The position numbers and the translations under genes were made by a program. 64,000 nucleotides of DNA. It comes from Stellaceae bacterium. Lineage in GTDB: Bacteria; Pseudomonadota; Alphaproteobacteria; ATCC43930; CGMCC-115725. Below the pieces are notes generated by a model that had not been told where the DNA came from, did not search any database, and saw nothing but the letters and a program-made list of their open reading frames with translations. The stretch's first letter is position 1; the number at the start of each line of letters is the position of its first letter. Where the stretch lies: positions 1,439-65,438 of the forward strand of contig JBGPOZ010000001.1 in NCBI GenBank assembly GCA_041488295.1. Reading direction: 5' to 3'. Shown here piece by piece: positions 38,693-46,746 of this stretch.

Positions 38693-39136
38693 ATGGAGAT
38701 GACGATGATGCTGAGGGCCGCTTGCCTTTCTTTGGTCGTGCCGCTTCTTCTGATCGGCCGAGACGCTGGCGCGGCCGCGCCCGAATGCCTTTCGGCGATC
38801 GACGGTATGATCGTCGAATACGATGTGCCGGTGACGCAATGGGGCTCGGCCACGCCGTCGCCGGGGAGCAAGGGCGCCGCAACCGAGTCGGGCGCGCAGA
38901 AGCCGAAAGCGGCGGCGCCGACGCAGCAACGCAAAACGCGCCCCGGCGCCGGCAACCCGAAGAGCGGTTCCACTGCCGCCGCCTCGCCGCCCTCGGATCG
39001 GCATCCGATGACCGAGCAGCAGCGCCAACGCCTGACCGATGTTCTGCGCCGTGCCCGCATCGCCGAAGCGCGCGGCGAGGAGGCGCAGTGCATGGAGCTC
39101 TTCCATCAGGCGGAGAAGATCACGAAGGGCGGGTGA
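38693..39136 (+). CDS. hypothetical secreted protein with a low-complexity central region
   Basis: Signal-like N-terminus (MLRAACLSLVVPLLLIGRDAGAA), a Pro/Ala/Ser/Gly-rich middle and a helical charged C-terminus. The likely true start is ATG 38705, after the internal GGAG. Confidence 0.5.
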   Translation: MEMTMMLRAACLSLVVPLLLIGRDAGAAAPECLSAIDGMIVEYDVPVTQWGSATPSPGSKGAATESGAQKPKAAAPTQQRKTRPGAGNPKSGSTAAASPPSDRHPMTEQQRQRLTDVLRRARIAEARGEEAQCMELFHQAEKITKGG

Positions 39137-39200
39137 GGGCGCCCGCGGCGTGACGCAGCCTCATGTAGAGCCGGTGCGCGTGCGATCAGGACCCGGCATG

Positions 39201-39246
39201 GCCCGGTCGGGCCATCGAATTTTTTTCGATGATGGCCCGACCGGGC
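39201..39246. repeat. strong inverted repeat (15-19 bp arms) with a T-rich loop
   Basis: GCCCGGTCGGGCCATCGAA-ttttt-TTCGAT(gat)GGCCCGACCGGGC, read directly in the intergenic region. Confidence 0.75.
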
Positions 39247-39302
39247 GAAGTGACGTCCAACGCGCTTGGTTAAACTCCTGCATTGGATCGGGGAGGACAG
39301 CG

Positions 39303-39521
39303 ATGTACGACACCATCCGCAGGGTCACCGCGACGTACCGCACTGCTCGCCAGGCCGGAGCTTCGCACGAACGCGCCATGGATGCAGCGATAGCGGTCTA
39401 TCTTCAGGCGCGCCCGGACGCGCACCACGATTCATCCGTGGCGACGCCAGAGGTCGCTGTCATGGTCGCCGGCGACAGGGGAGACGGCGGTCGCTCTTCG
39501 GCAGCTCACCCAATCTATTGA
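39303..39521 (+). CDS. hypothetical small protein
   Basis: 72 codons. ATG 39303 is preceded by GGGGAGGA. No family recognised. Confidence 0.4.
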   Translation: MYDTIRRVTATYRTARQAGASHERAMDAAIAVYLQARPDAHHDSSVATPEVAVMVAGDRGDGGRSSAAHPIY

Positions 39522-39635
39522 GCGCGCTGACGGTCGGGGCAGGTGGCATCTGAGTAGAAGCCGAGGCTGGTGCCACCGATCGGCCGCTCGCTAGGCTCCC
39601 GCTACTGTCGGTGCTCTAGTCTAGGGAGGTACGAC

Positions 39636-39881
39636 GTGGATGAAGCGACCATGATTATCGGTGGCCTGGGGCTAGGCGCTGTGGCGTTGTTGCTGGTCAC
39701 CCTGGCCCAACCTGCTCGCGCGATGCGGACAACGAAGAGTCGTCCGCATCCAGCGCCGTTCAGCATGGCCATAAATGGCGATCCGGCCAGCATGGTGGCC
39801 GCTGACGCGAGCCGGCAGAGCGGGCGCGCGGAAGACACGCCAGCCAGGCTTCGCGGGCGATCCATACGATCGGGGACGTAG
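39636..39881 (+). CDS. hypothetical small membrane/secreted protein
   Basis: GTG 39636 lies 6 nt after GGGAGG. Hydrophobic N-terminal segment IIGGLGLGAVALLLVTLAQPARA. No family recognised. Confidence 0.35.
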   Translation: MDEATMIIGGLGLGAVALLLVTLAQPARAMRTTKSRPHPAPFSMAINGDPASMVAADASRQSGRAEDTPARLRGRSIRSGT

Positions 39882-40017
39882 AATGTAAGCGGGACGGTGC
39901 AAGCGACGGGATAGCAGCGCCGAACTTGATCGGCAAACACTTGTCTATAGGGGTCGGCTCCAATCGCTCGGCTATCTAGGGCGCTTTCCTCCTGATACTA
40001 ATCGCCGCTGTGGAATT

Positions 40018-40041
40018 CCCCTCCGCGGCGGGGGATTTTTT
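40018..40041 (+). terminator. possible intrinsic terminator
   Basis: CCCCT-ccgcggc-GGGGG followed by ATTTTTT. The stem is short, so support is weak. Confidence 0.35.
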
Positions 40042-40054
40042 CTGCGCCTCGACG

Positions 40055-41089
40055 TCACGCGCGCCGGCGCCGCCAAGCGAGGCCGCCGAGGGCAATGAGG
40101 CCGGACAACATTAGAGTGAACGATGGTGGCTCAGGAATGGCAACCGGATCGAATGCTTCGATGCCTGTCTGCACGGTTTGCAGCGACGCAGTGAAGACAT
40201 CTGTCGCACTATCCGTGCAACCGAGCGAGTTCAGCGCGCCGCTGAAACTCGCCAAGGTATTCCCGGTGCCATCCGCATAAGAGGCGCACACGACATCAGT
40301 GCCTGCACCCTTCGTGAATTCGAACGCAAGCTGAGGATCTGCCAACTGGGCGGCCGATAACTCGACCTCGCTGATCAGCGTCTCGGCGTTGGTGATGAAA
40401 TCGAACCAGGCGAACTGGATGACGGTGCCGCTGTCGGCGCCGCACAAGCCACCGCCGGCCTGACAGTTGCGCACGCGGATCTCAAGCACGTTTCCCTTAT
40501 CGCCGTTCGACACGAAGCGGTTAGAGAGCGTCAGCGCATAGGTCCCATTGACGACCGACGGAATCGCAAGATCGAATAGAGCTGTCGACGTGAAGGCGGT
40601 TGTCGCCGTGAGAGCATGCGGTTGGCTGGTGAGCGTTCCGCTTTCGAGGAAGGCGCTCGTTTGTTGGATCGAGCTGAGAAAGGGGGGAGGCTGGTTGACG
40701 ACGATACCGTTCGCCGTATTGAGGATCGCTTGACCGTTATTCGCCGTAGTCTCCGGAATAGAGCCGCGGACGAAGTAATTCGCAGTCCCGTCGGCGTTGA
40801 AGCTCACGCCGGATGAGATGCTTGTCCCGCTGCCGCCGACCAGCGTGGTGTTTGCCGAGAAGGAGTCGTCGAAGAGCGCACTGCCACTCCGCGTAACGCG
40901 AAATTCGTCGGCATTGACGATAGTTGCTGCGGCGACACCCGGATAAAAGGCGAGGCCGATCCCGGCGAGGATGAAGAACGGCGCGACGCTCTGTCGCAGC
41001 CGATGGCCGGCAAGGGTTCGAGGAGAGATGCTCGTGTGGCCGGCAAACTGCCGCCGGGAGTCGGGCCGAAGGCATGTAGGATCGAACAT
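40055..41089 (-). CDS. PEP-CTERM sorting domain-containing protein (putative exosortase substrate)
   Basis: The C-terminus ...AIPEPPSFTLMLSGLIALGGLAWRRRRA is a PEP motif, a TM helix and an Arg cluster. The body is Ser/Thr/Asn/Gly/Ala-rich and there is an N-terminal signal-anchor. ATG 41089 follows GGAGGA; ATG 41101 is the alternative start. Confidence 0.8.
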   Translation of the reverse strand: MFDPTCLRPDSRRQFAGHTSISPRTLAGHRLRQSVAPFFILAGIGLAFYPGVAAATIVNADEFRVTRSGSALFDDSFSANTTLVGGSGTSISSGVSFNADGTANYFVRGSIPETTANNGQAILNTANGIVVNQPPPFLSSIQQTSAFLESGTLTSQPHALTATTAFTSTALFDLAIPSVVNGTYALTLSNRFVSNGDKGNVLEIRVRNCQAGGGLCGADSGTVIQFAWFDFITNAETLISEVELSAAQLADPQLAFEFTKGAGTDVVCASYADGTGNTLASFSGALNSLGCTDSATDVFTASLQTVQTGIEAFDPVAIPEPPSFTLMLSGLIALGGLAWRRRRA

Positions 41090-41155
41090 AATTTCCTCCA
41101 TGGGCCTGACCGGACATTCCGCAAATGGCTGTCCGATGCCGTTTATTGTCTAGAC

Positions 41156-41172
41156 ATGCAAGAATCGAGCCA
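41156..41172 (-). promoter_or_regulatory. candidate sigma-54 (-24/-12) promoter for the PEP-CTERM gene
   Basis: The minus strand reads TGGCTCGATTCTTGCAT. This is one mismatch from TGGCAC-N5-TTGCA with correct GG/GC spacing. It lies about 55-70 nt upstream of the candidate start codons. Confidence 0.5.
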
Positions 41173-41224
41173 CATATGCACGGGAGAAATATCAATCCAT
41201 TAGCGGTTGATCTCCCCGGGGGCC

Positions 41225-41260
41225 GTAAAATTTTCTGACACTTGCAACAGAAAATTTTAC
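41225..41260. promoter_or_regulatory. perfect 13-bp inverted repeat (possible enhancer-binding-protein or operator site)
   Basis: GTAAAATTTTCTG-N10-CAGAAAATTTTAC, read directly. It lies upstream of the sigma-54-like motif. Confidence 0.45.
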
Positions 41261-41824
41261 ACCCACCCCCGAAACCCCGGGTGGCCTCGGTGTGCCGACA
41301 CTCCCAAAACAACCCCGATCAGGCACGCACTTGCGCGTGGCCCCCCCAGAGACCCCGCGCGTAACACGGGCTCTTAATCCGAGGCGCTATAAGATTCCCA
41401 CCATGTCGGCACCAGCGTCGCCGTGGGGGCTGTCATGCCGGGTTTGCAGCGGGCAGCGCAGGCTAGAGCGACGGGCCGCTTAGGGTCAGGTGCCAAGCAC
41501 GGGGAAATCGGGGTGGCTTTTGAGGTAGTCCAACGCAGAGCGGTGAATTTGCAGAGTGTCGCGAAGTCGCCCAAACGTGGATGCCTTCTCTGAAATCGGT
41601 CAAGACCGTGCGCGAGTGCGGTTCGCGGGCGATCGCTAGCAGGAGATCAGTAGAGGGCTCTCCCAGTTCTTCGACTTCCGACGTTCGGCCAACACTGGAT
41701 ATTTTTACAAAATACGGTTCTGTCTGGCCATGCCCGGAACGCCTAAAAGTTACATTCCGTTCTAGCTAAGCCAGATTTGCGGAATCCGCAAAAGGCGCCC
41801 GCCGTGACGTCCGGCGGCGGGGCT

Positions 41825-42151
41825 TCACCATGCGGGCGGGAAGCGGTCGAGGAGGCGCTGCAGATCCTCGCGCAGGAATGGGGCTAGGACCGGGTACGCC
41901 GCTATGACCGCCGCGACCGCGGATATCCCTGCGACGATGAGCAGCACCCAGAACCGCCGCGTATCGCGCAACCTCGCCGTCCTCTGTTGCCTCGACAGCC
42001 ACGCCTCGATGAACTCGCGAGTCGGATGCGGGGCATCAGTGACAAAACCAAGCATAGGACCGGAAGTCGACCCGAGCTTATGGCGCACGGTATCGACGTC
42101 CAGTTTCTCGAGCGCTTCGCGCCATCGGCGGTGATCGGACATTTCTTGCAT
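41825..42151 (-). CDS. hypothetical protein with a single C-terminal-half TM helix
   Basis: 108 aa with a charged N-terminal domain followed by FWVLLIVAGISAVAAVIAAYPVL. No family recognised. Confidence 0.45.
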   Translation of the reverse strand: MQEMSDHRRWREALEKLDVDTVRHKLGSTSGPMLGFVTDAPHPTREFIEAWLSRQQRTARLRDTRRFWVLLIVAGISAVAAVIAAYPVLAPFLREDLQRLLDRFPPAW

Positions 42152-42240
42152 CCATGCTGTGCGTTTTTCTGTTACCTCGAATGCTGCCTAGCGAGGCCGT
42201 TTTCGATCTATCCGATTTATCTGTAGCCTCTTGATTTCCT

Positions 42241-42316
42241 TGGTGAGCCCGGCGGGAATCGAACCCGCGACACCTTGATTAAAAGTCAAGTGCTCTACCG
42301 ACTGAGCTACGGGCTC
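42241..42316 (-). tRNA. tRNA-Lys (anticodon UUU)
   Basis: The reverse complement GAGCCCGTAGCTCAGTCGGTAGAGCACTTGACTTTTAATCAAGGTGTCGCGGGTTCGATTCCCGCCGGGCTCACCA folds as a 76-nt cloverleaf. It has a 7-bp acceptor stem, anticodon loop CTTTTAA, T-loop GGTTCGATTCC and an encoded CCA. Confidence 0.95.
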
Positions 42317-42517
42317 TCCTGGAAATCGCGCGAACCATAGGTGCCCGATTGAGCTCGGTCAAGCGAACCGAGGCGTGCGGACGTTGATGCCGCTAGCCAA
42401 GGAATCGTCAGTCATTCTCGACGTTTGACACCGGATATTTCGGATGAAACGGCGCACCCCCCGGACAAGCTTGGGCCATAGCCGGGGAGGATTTCGTCAC
42501 GCGGAAATGCCGGGGTC

Positions 42518-43366
42518 TCAGCCGGCGTTACGACCGCGCCCGCCGAGCAATTTGATGGCAGCCAGCATCATCGCGTTGAAGACGCCGCCGATCGGTGTCC
42601 CGGGAAGGTTGAGGCTGGAAAGCCCAGGGAGCCAGCGCGCGACGCCGACCGTCTTCGTGCCGTCGCCCGTTCCGTGCACCGAGCCAAGGCCCGAGGCGTC
42701 CTGGAAATCCGAGGCGTTCTGCTCGATCCGTGCCGCGAAGCTGCGGTAAAGCTCGCTGACCGTTCGCGGCGTCCCCGATTTCGCATCGTAGAAGACCGAC
42801 CGGTTGGCCGCCGCCGCTGCCGGCAGGATGTCCGCAGCCGGGGCGGCGCCATCCTCGCGGATCGTCTTGAGCAACTCGGTGGCTCCTCCGGCGCCGAGAA
42901 AATGCGCCAGATAAAGATCGGTCCGCGATGCCGGACGGCCGAGCGCGCGTTCGACCTCATCCTTGTTCGATTTGGCGAATTCGGCGGCAAGCGCCGCCGA
43001 AATCTGCGGATCCTTCCGCAGGTCGAGAATCTGCGCGCGGATCGACGGATCGGCAACGGTGGGTCGGCCATTGGCATCAAGCGTCACCTGGGCCGCGAGA
43101 GCGCCGATCCCATATTGCCCGCCATGCTGGCGGACCATGTCGAGCCATGTCGAATCGATGAATTGGTAAAGTCCGGTGGCGCTGCTCGCCTTCGCCTTCG
43201 CGTCGACCTGAAAGCCGCTTTCCTGCGCCGCCTGGGCCATGAGAAAGCCGAAATCGACATGCGTTGCGCGACTCGCCTGGCGAATTCCCTCGAGCACCGC
43301 CGGGGCAATCGGGCCGGTGCCTTTCCGCTCGTCGCGCGGCGGGAAGATTGCCGAAGGCAATATCAT
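42518..43366 (-). CDS. lytic transglycosylase (SLT) domain-containing protein
   Basis: MAQAAQESGF...ATGLYQFIDSTW are the SLT catalytic Glu-Ser and GLxQ motifs. Confidence 0.8.
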   Translation of the reverse strand: MILPSAIFPPRDERKGTGPIAPAVLEGIRQASRATHVDFGFLMAQAAQESGFQVDAKAKASSATGLYQFIDSTWLDMVRQHGGQYGIGALAAQVTLDANGRPTVADPSIRAQILDLRKDPQISAALAAEFAKSNKDEVERALGRPASRTDLYLAHFLGAGGATELLKTIREDGAAPAADILPAAAAANRSVFYDAKSGTPRTVSELYRSFAARIEQNASDFQDASGLGSVHGTGDGTKTVGVARWLPGLSSLNLPGTPIGGVFNAMMLAAIKLLGGRGRNAG

Positions 43367-43648
43367 TGCAGTGTCCCAAATTTGACCGAATGCCCGCGCC
43401 CCGAACCGAGTACACGCGCCTTGACACGTTATGCCGCAATCCTTAATCGAACGTGGACGTTCGCATTAACCATTCGCGCGGAGAGGGGGAGGCAGAGCCG
43501 CGCGTCCCGAAGCGCTGCGTTGCAACATTCTTGCCGCCATGAAGGGCGCTTTCAGCATACGTTAACCACAACCGCCGACCCTCCGGGTCATGCTTCTCCA
43601 TTGCCTGCGGCGCACGGTCGTCGCACGTGCGAACCGACAGGATGCGAC

Positions 43649-45397
43649 ATGAACCGTTCCGGGAACGCGTATCGAGGTCAGAACGAGCTCCAGCGGGCGC
43701 TCAGCGCCTGCACGAGCTCGTTCGTCGTCATTGCCGCCTTCAGCCTCTGCATCAATCTCCTGACGCTGGTCTCGCCGCTCTACATGATGCAGCTGTTCGA
43801 CCGCGTGCTGTCGAGCCGCAGCAACGACACGCTGGTGATGCTCACCATCGTTGCTGGCGGCGCCATCGCCGTGCTGAGCCTGATCGAAGCCATCCGCTCG
43901 CAAATCCTGGCGCGGATCGGTGCTTGGCTCGACGAGCGAATGGGACCGATCATTCTCGGCGGTGCGCTGCAGACGGCGCTGCGCAGCGACGGACGCGTCG
44001 CGGGGCAGGGCCTGCGCGACCTCAGTACCATCAGGAACTTTCTGACCGGCGCCGGGATCACTCCGCTGCTCGATGCGCCTTGGGCGCCGCTCTTTCTGCT
44101 CTCGCTCTTCGCGCTCCACCCTGTGCTCGGTTTCGTCGGCCTTGGCGGCGGTCTTCTCCTGGTGATCCTCGCGGTCGTCAACGAAATAGCGACCAAGGCG
44201 CCGCTGCAACGCGCCAACGTCGCGGCGTCTCGCACGCATCAGCGCACCGAAGCGGCATTACGCAACGCCGAAGTTATCAGGGCGATGGGCATGTTCGAGG
44301 GCGTCGTCCGCCTGTGGCGGCGCGACAGCGCGGCGACCAGCGAGGCCCAGACCCAAGCCGGAAATCGTGGCGCGGTGATCCATGCCATGTCAAAATTCCT
44401 GCGTCTCTCCGTCCAAACGATGATCATGGGCGTGGGTGCCTATCTCGTCATCATCAACGAGGTCAGCCCGGGCGCGATGTTCGCCAGCTCATTCCTGCTG
44501 GGCCGCGCCATGGCGCCGGTCGAGAACGCCATCGGCACCTGGAAGTCGCTGGTTGCCGTACGGATCTCCTACCGGCGGTTGACCGAGCTTCTCGGGATGA
44601 CGACGACGACGCAAAAGGGAATGGCGCTGCCGCGGCCGGAGGGCGAACTCTTCGTCGAGCGCGTGAGCTTCGTGCCCCCCGGTGCCGACTCACCGACCCT
44701 ACGCGGCGTATCCTTCGCCGTGATGCCGGGCGAGGTCCTCGGCATCATCGGTCCCTCGGCCGCCGGCAAATCGACGCTCGCCCGGCTCATCGCCGGAAGC
44801 TGGTCGCCGACGGCCGGAAACGTCCGACTCGATGGCGCCGACATCAGCATCTGGCTCGATGCGGATGGCGCCCATCATTTGGGCTACCTACCCCAAGACA
44901 TCGAGCTCTTCGCCGGCACGGTGCGCGATAACATCGCCCGTCTCGGCGATTCCGACCCGGCGGCGGTCATTGAGGCGGCGAAGCTCGCTGGGCTGCATGA
45001 GACGATCATGCGGTTGCCGCGCGGTTACGACAGCGAGATCGGTGAGGCTGGGCTGCGCCTGTCGGGCGGACAACGGCAGCGCATCGGTCTTGCGCGCGCA
45101 GTGTTCGGCCGGCCGCGCCTCATCATTCTCGATGAGCCCAACTCGAGTCTCGACCACGAAGGTGAAGACGCGTTGCTTCAGGCGATCGCGCAGATGAAGG
45201 AGCGCGGCACGACGATCATCGTCATCGCACATCGGCCTAGCATCCTCCAGCTTGCCGACAAGTTGCTTGTCCTGCGCGGCGGTGCCGTCGATCTGTTCGG
45301 CGAGCGAAATGAGGTCATCGCCAGGCTGAACAGCGCCAACAGCGCGGTGCGCGCCGTCCGCGGACCGAACGTGCCCGCGCAGAGGCAATCGGCATGA
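43649..45397 (+). CDS. type I secretion system permease/ATPase (PrtD/AprD/HasD class, no C39 domain)
   Basis: ATG 43649. An N-terminal 6-TM domain is followed by Walker A GPSAAGKST, signature LSGGQRQR and Walker B LIILDEP. Confidence 0.9.
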   Translation: MNRSGNAYRGQNELQRALSACTSSFVVIAAFSLCINLLTLVSPLYMMQLFDRVLSSRSNDTLVMLTIVAGGAIAVLSLIEAIRSQILARIGAWLDERMGPIILGGALQTALRSDGRVAGQGLRDLSTIRNFLTGAGITPLLDAPWAPLFLLSLFALHPVLGFVGLGGGLLLVILAVVNEIATKAPLQRANVAASRTHQRTEAALRNAEVIRAMGMFEGVVRLWRRDSAATSEAQTQAGNRGAVIHAMSKFLRLSVQTMIMGVGAYLVIINEVSPGAMFASSFLLGRAMAPVENAIGTWKSLVAVRISYRRLTELLGMTTTTQKGMALPRPEGELFVERVSFVPPGADSPTLRGVSFAVMPGEVLGIIGPSAAGKSTLARLIAGSWSPTAGNVRLDGADISIWLDADGAHHLGYLPQDIELFAGTVRDNIARLGDSDPAAVIEAAKLAGLHETIMRLPRGYDSEIGEAGLRLSGGQRQRIGLARAVFGRPRLIILDEPNSSLDHEGEDALLQAIAQMKERGTTIIVIAHRPSILQLADKLLVLRGGAVDLFGERNEVIARLNSANSAVRAVRGPNVPAQRQSA

Positions 45398-46746
45398 GTG
45401 GGGGAGTGTCGCGCGCCATGAGCGTGATCACCATCGATGCGAGCCCGATCCCGTCCTCGCCGCTGCCGCGCATTCGCGGCTTGATCATCGCCGGCTCTGC
45501 CCTTGCCGCCGTGTTCGTCTTCGGCGCCGGTGTCTGGTCGATCTATGCGCCGCTCGAAAATGCGGCGCACGCGACCGGGGTCGTCGCGGTCCAGTCGAAC
45601 CGCAAGACGGTGCAGCACTTCGAAGGTGGCATCATCGGCGCCATTCTGGTTCATGACGGGGAACTTGTCTCGGCGGGCCAACCTTTGATCCGGCTCGACG
45701 ACACCAAGGCGCGCACCAGCCTCGTTGCGCTTCAGGGCGAGCTGTGGGACGGGCTCGCACGCGAGGCGCGGCTCATCGCCGAACGCGATGCCGCCGACAC
45801 GCCGCGCTACCCCGATAGCCTCTCCGGTCGAACCAATGATCCCGCAATCGCTCAGATCCTTACCGGACAAAACAAGATCTTCCAGACCCGGCGGTCGCTG
45901 CATGCCTCGAAGAACGAGCTGATCGGGAAAAAAGTCGCCCAGACGAACCAAGAAATCGTCGGGCTGCGGGCGCAGGAATCGGCGGCGCAACGACGCATCG
46001 CTCTCATCAACGAAGAGATCGGCACGGTGAAGCAGCTCGTCGAGAAGGGCTTGGCACCGCGGCCGCGTCTTCTCTCTTTGCAGCGCGACCTCGCCGATAT
46101 CGAAGGCAGGCGCGGCGATATGCTGGCGCAGATCGCGCGGGCGCAGCAATCGATCGCCGAATCGCAGGTCAGCATCGTCAACCTCGAGAACGACACGCAG
46201 AACGAGATCGCCGAGCAACTTCGCGATACGCAAAAGAAGATCCATGAGCTGCGCGAGCAGATCCAGCAGGCTAGCGACGTCCTGTTGCGGGTCGACATTC
46301 GGGCGCCCGAGGACGGCATCGTGACGGATCTGCACGTCCATACACCGGGCGGCGTCATCACCGCCGGAGAGGCGCTTCTCGACCTCATACCGCCGAGCGA
46401 TCGTCTCCTCATCGAGGCACAGGTGCGGCCGGAGGATATCGACGTCGTGCGCCCCGGCCTGCCCGCCCTCATCCGCCTCACGCCATACAAGCAGCGCCGG
46501 ACGCCACCGATCGAAGGGACGGTCGAGTACGTTTCCGCCGACCGTCTGATCGACAAGCACACGAACCAGCCCTATTACGCGGCAAAGATCCGGGTCGATC
46601 CGGAGAAACTGAAAGAGGTCGTCGGCGTCGAATTGATCCCCGGGATGCCCGCCGATGTCATGATCAAAACCGGCGAGACGACCGTCGCGTTCTACGCCCT
46701 GTCACCGATCCTCGACAGCTTCCATCACGCTTTCCACGAGAAATGA
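45394..46746 (+). CDS. HlyD family type I secretion periplasmic adaptor
   Basis: ATGA overlap with the ABC gene. It has an N-terminal TM helix, long coiled-coil segments, a lipoyl/beta-barrel region and the C-terminal GMPADVMIKTGE motif. Confidence 0.9.
   Translation: MSGGVSRAMSVITIDASPIPSSPLPRIRGLIIAGSALAAVFVFGAGVWSIYAPLENAAHATGVVAVQSNRKTVQHFEGGIIGAILVHDGELVSAGQPLIRLDDTKARTSLVALQGELWDGLAREARLIAERDAADTPRYPDSLSGRTNDPAIAQILTGQNKIFQTRRSLHASKNELIGKKVAQTNQEIVGLRAQESAAQRRIALINEEIGTVKQLVEKGLAPRPRLLSLQRDLADIEGRRGDMLAQIARAQQSIAESQVSIVNLENDTQNEIAEQLRDTQKKIHELREQIQQASDVLLRVDIRAPEDGIVTDLHVHTPGGVITAGEALLDLIPPSDRLLIEAQVRPEDIDVVRPGLPALIRLTPYKQRRTPPIEGTVEYVSADRLIDKHTNQPYYAAKIRVDPEKLKEVVGVELIPGMPADVMIKTGETTVAFYALSPILDSFHHAFHEK

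Noticed and set aside
41321-41335. Second sigma-54-like motif AGGCACGCACTTGCG on the plus strand
   Set aside because: The GG-to-GC spacing is one nucleotide short of the consensus, and no credible ORF lies downstream in that orientation.
42674-43648. 5' extension of the T1SS ABC ORF (the track gives 907 aa from 42674)
   Set aside because: The extension runs antisense through the SLT gene and is low-complexity. The ABC protein begins convincingly at ATG 43649, just before the first TM helix.
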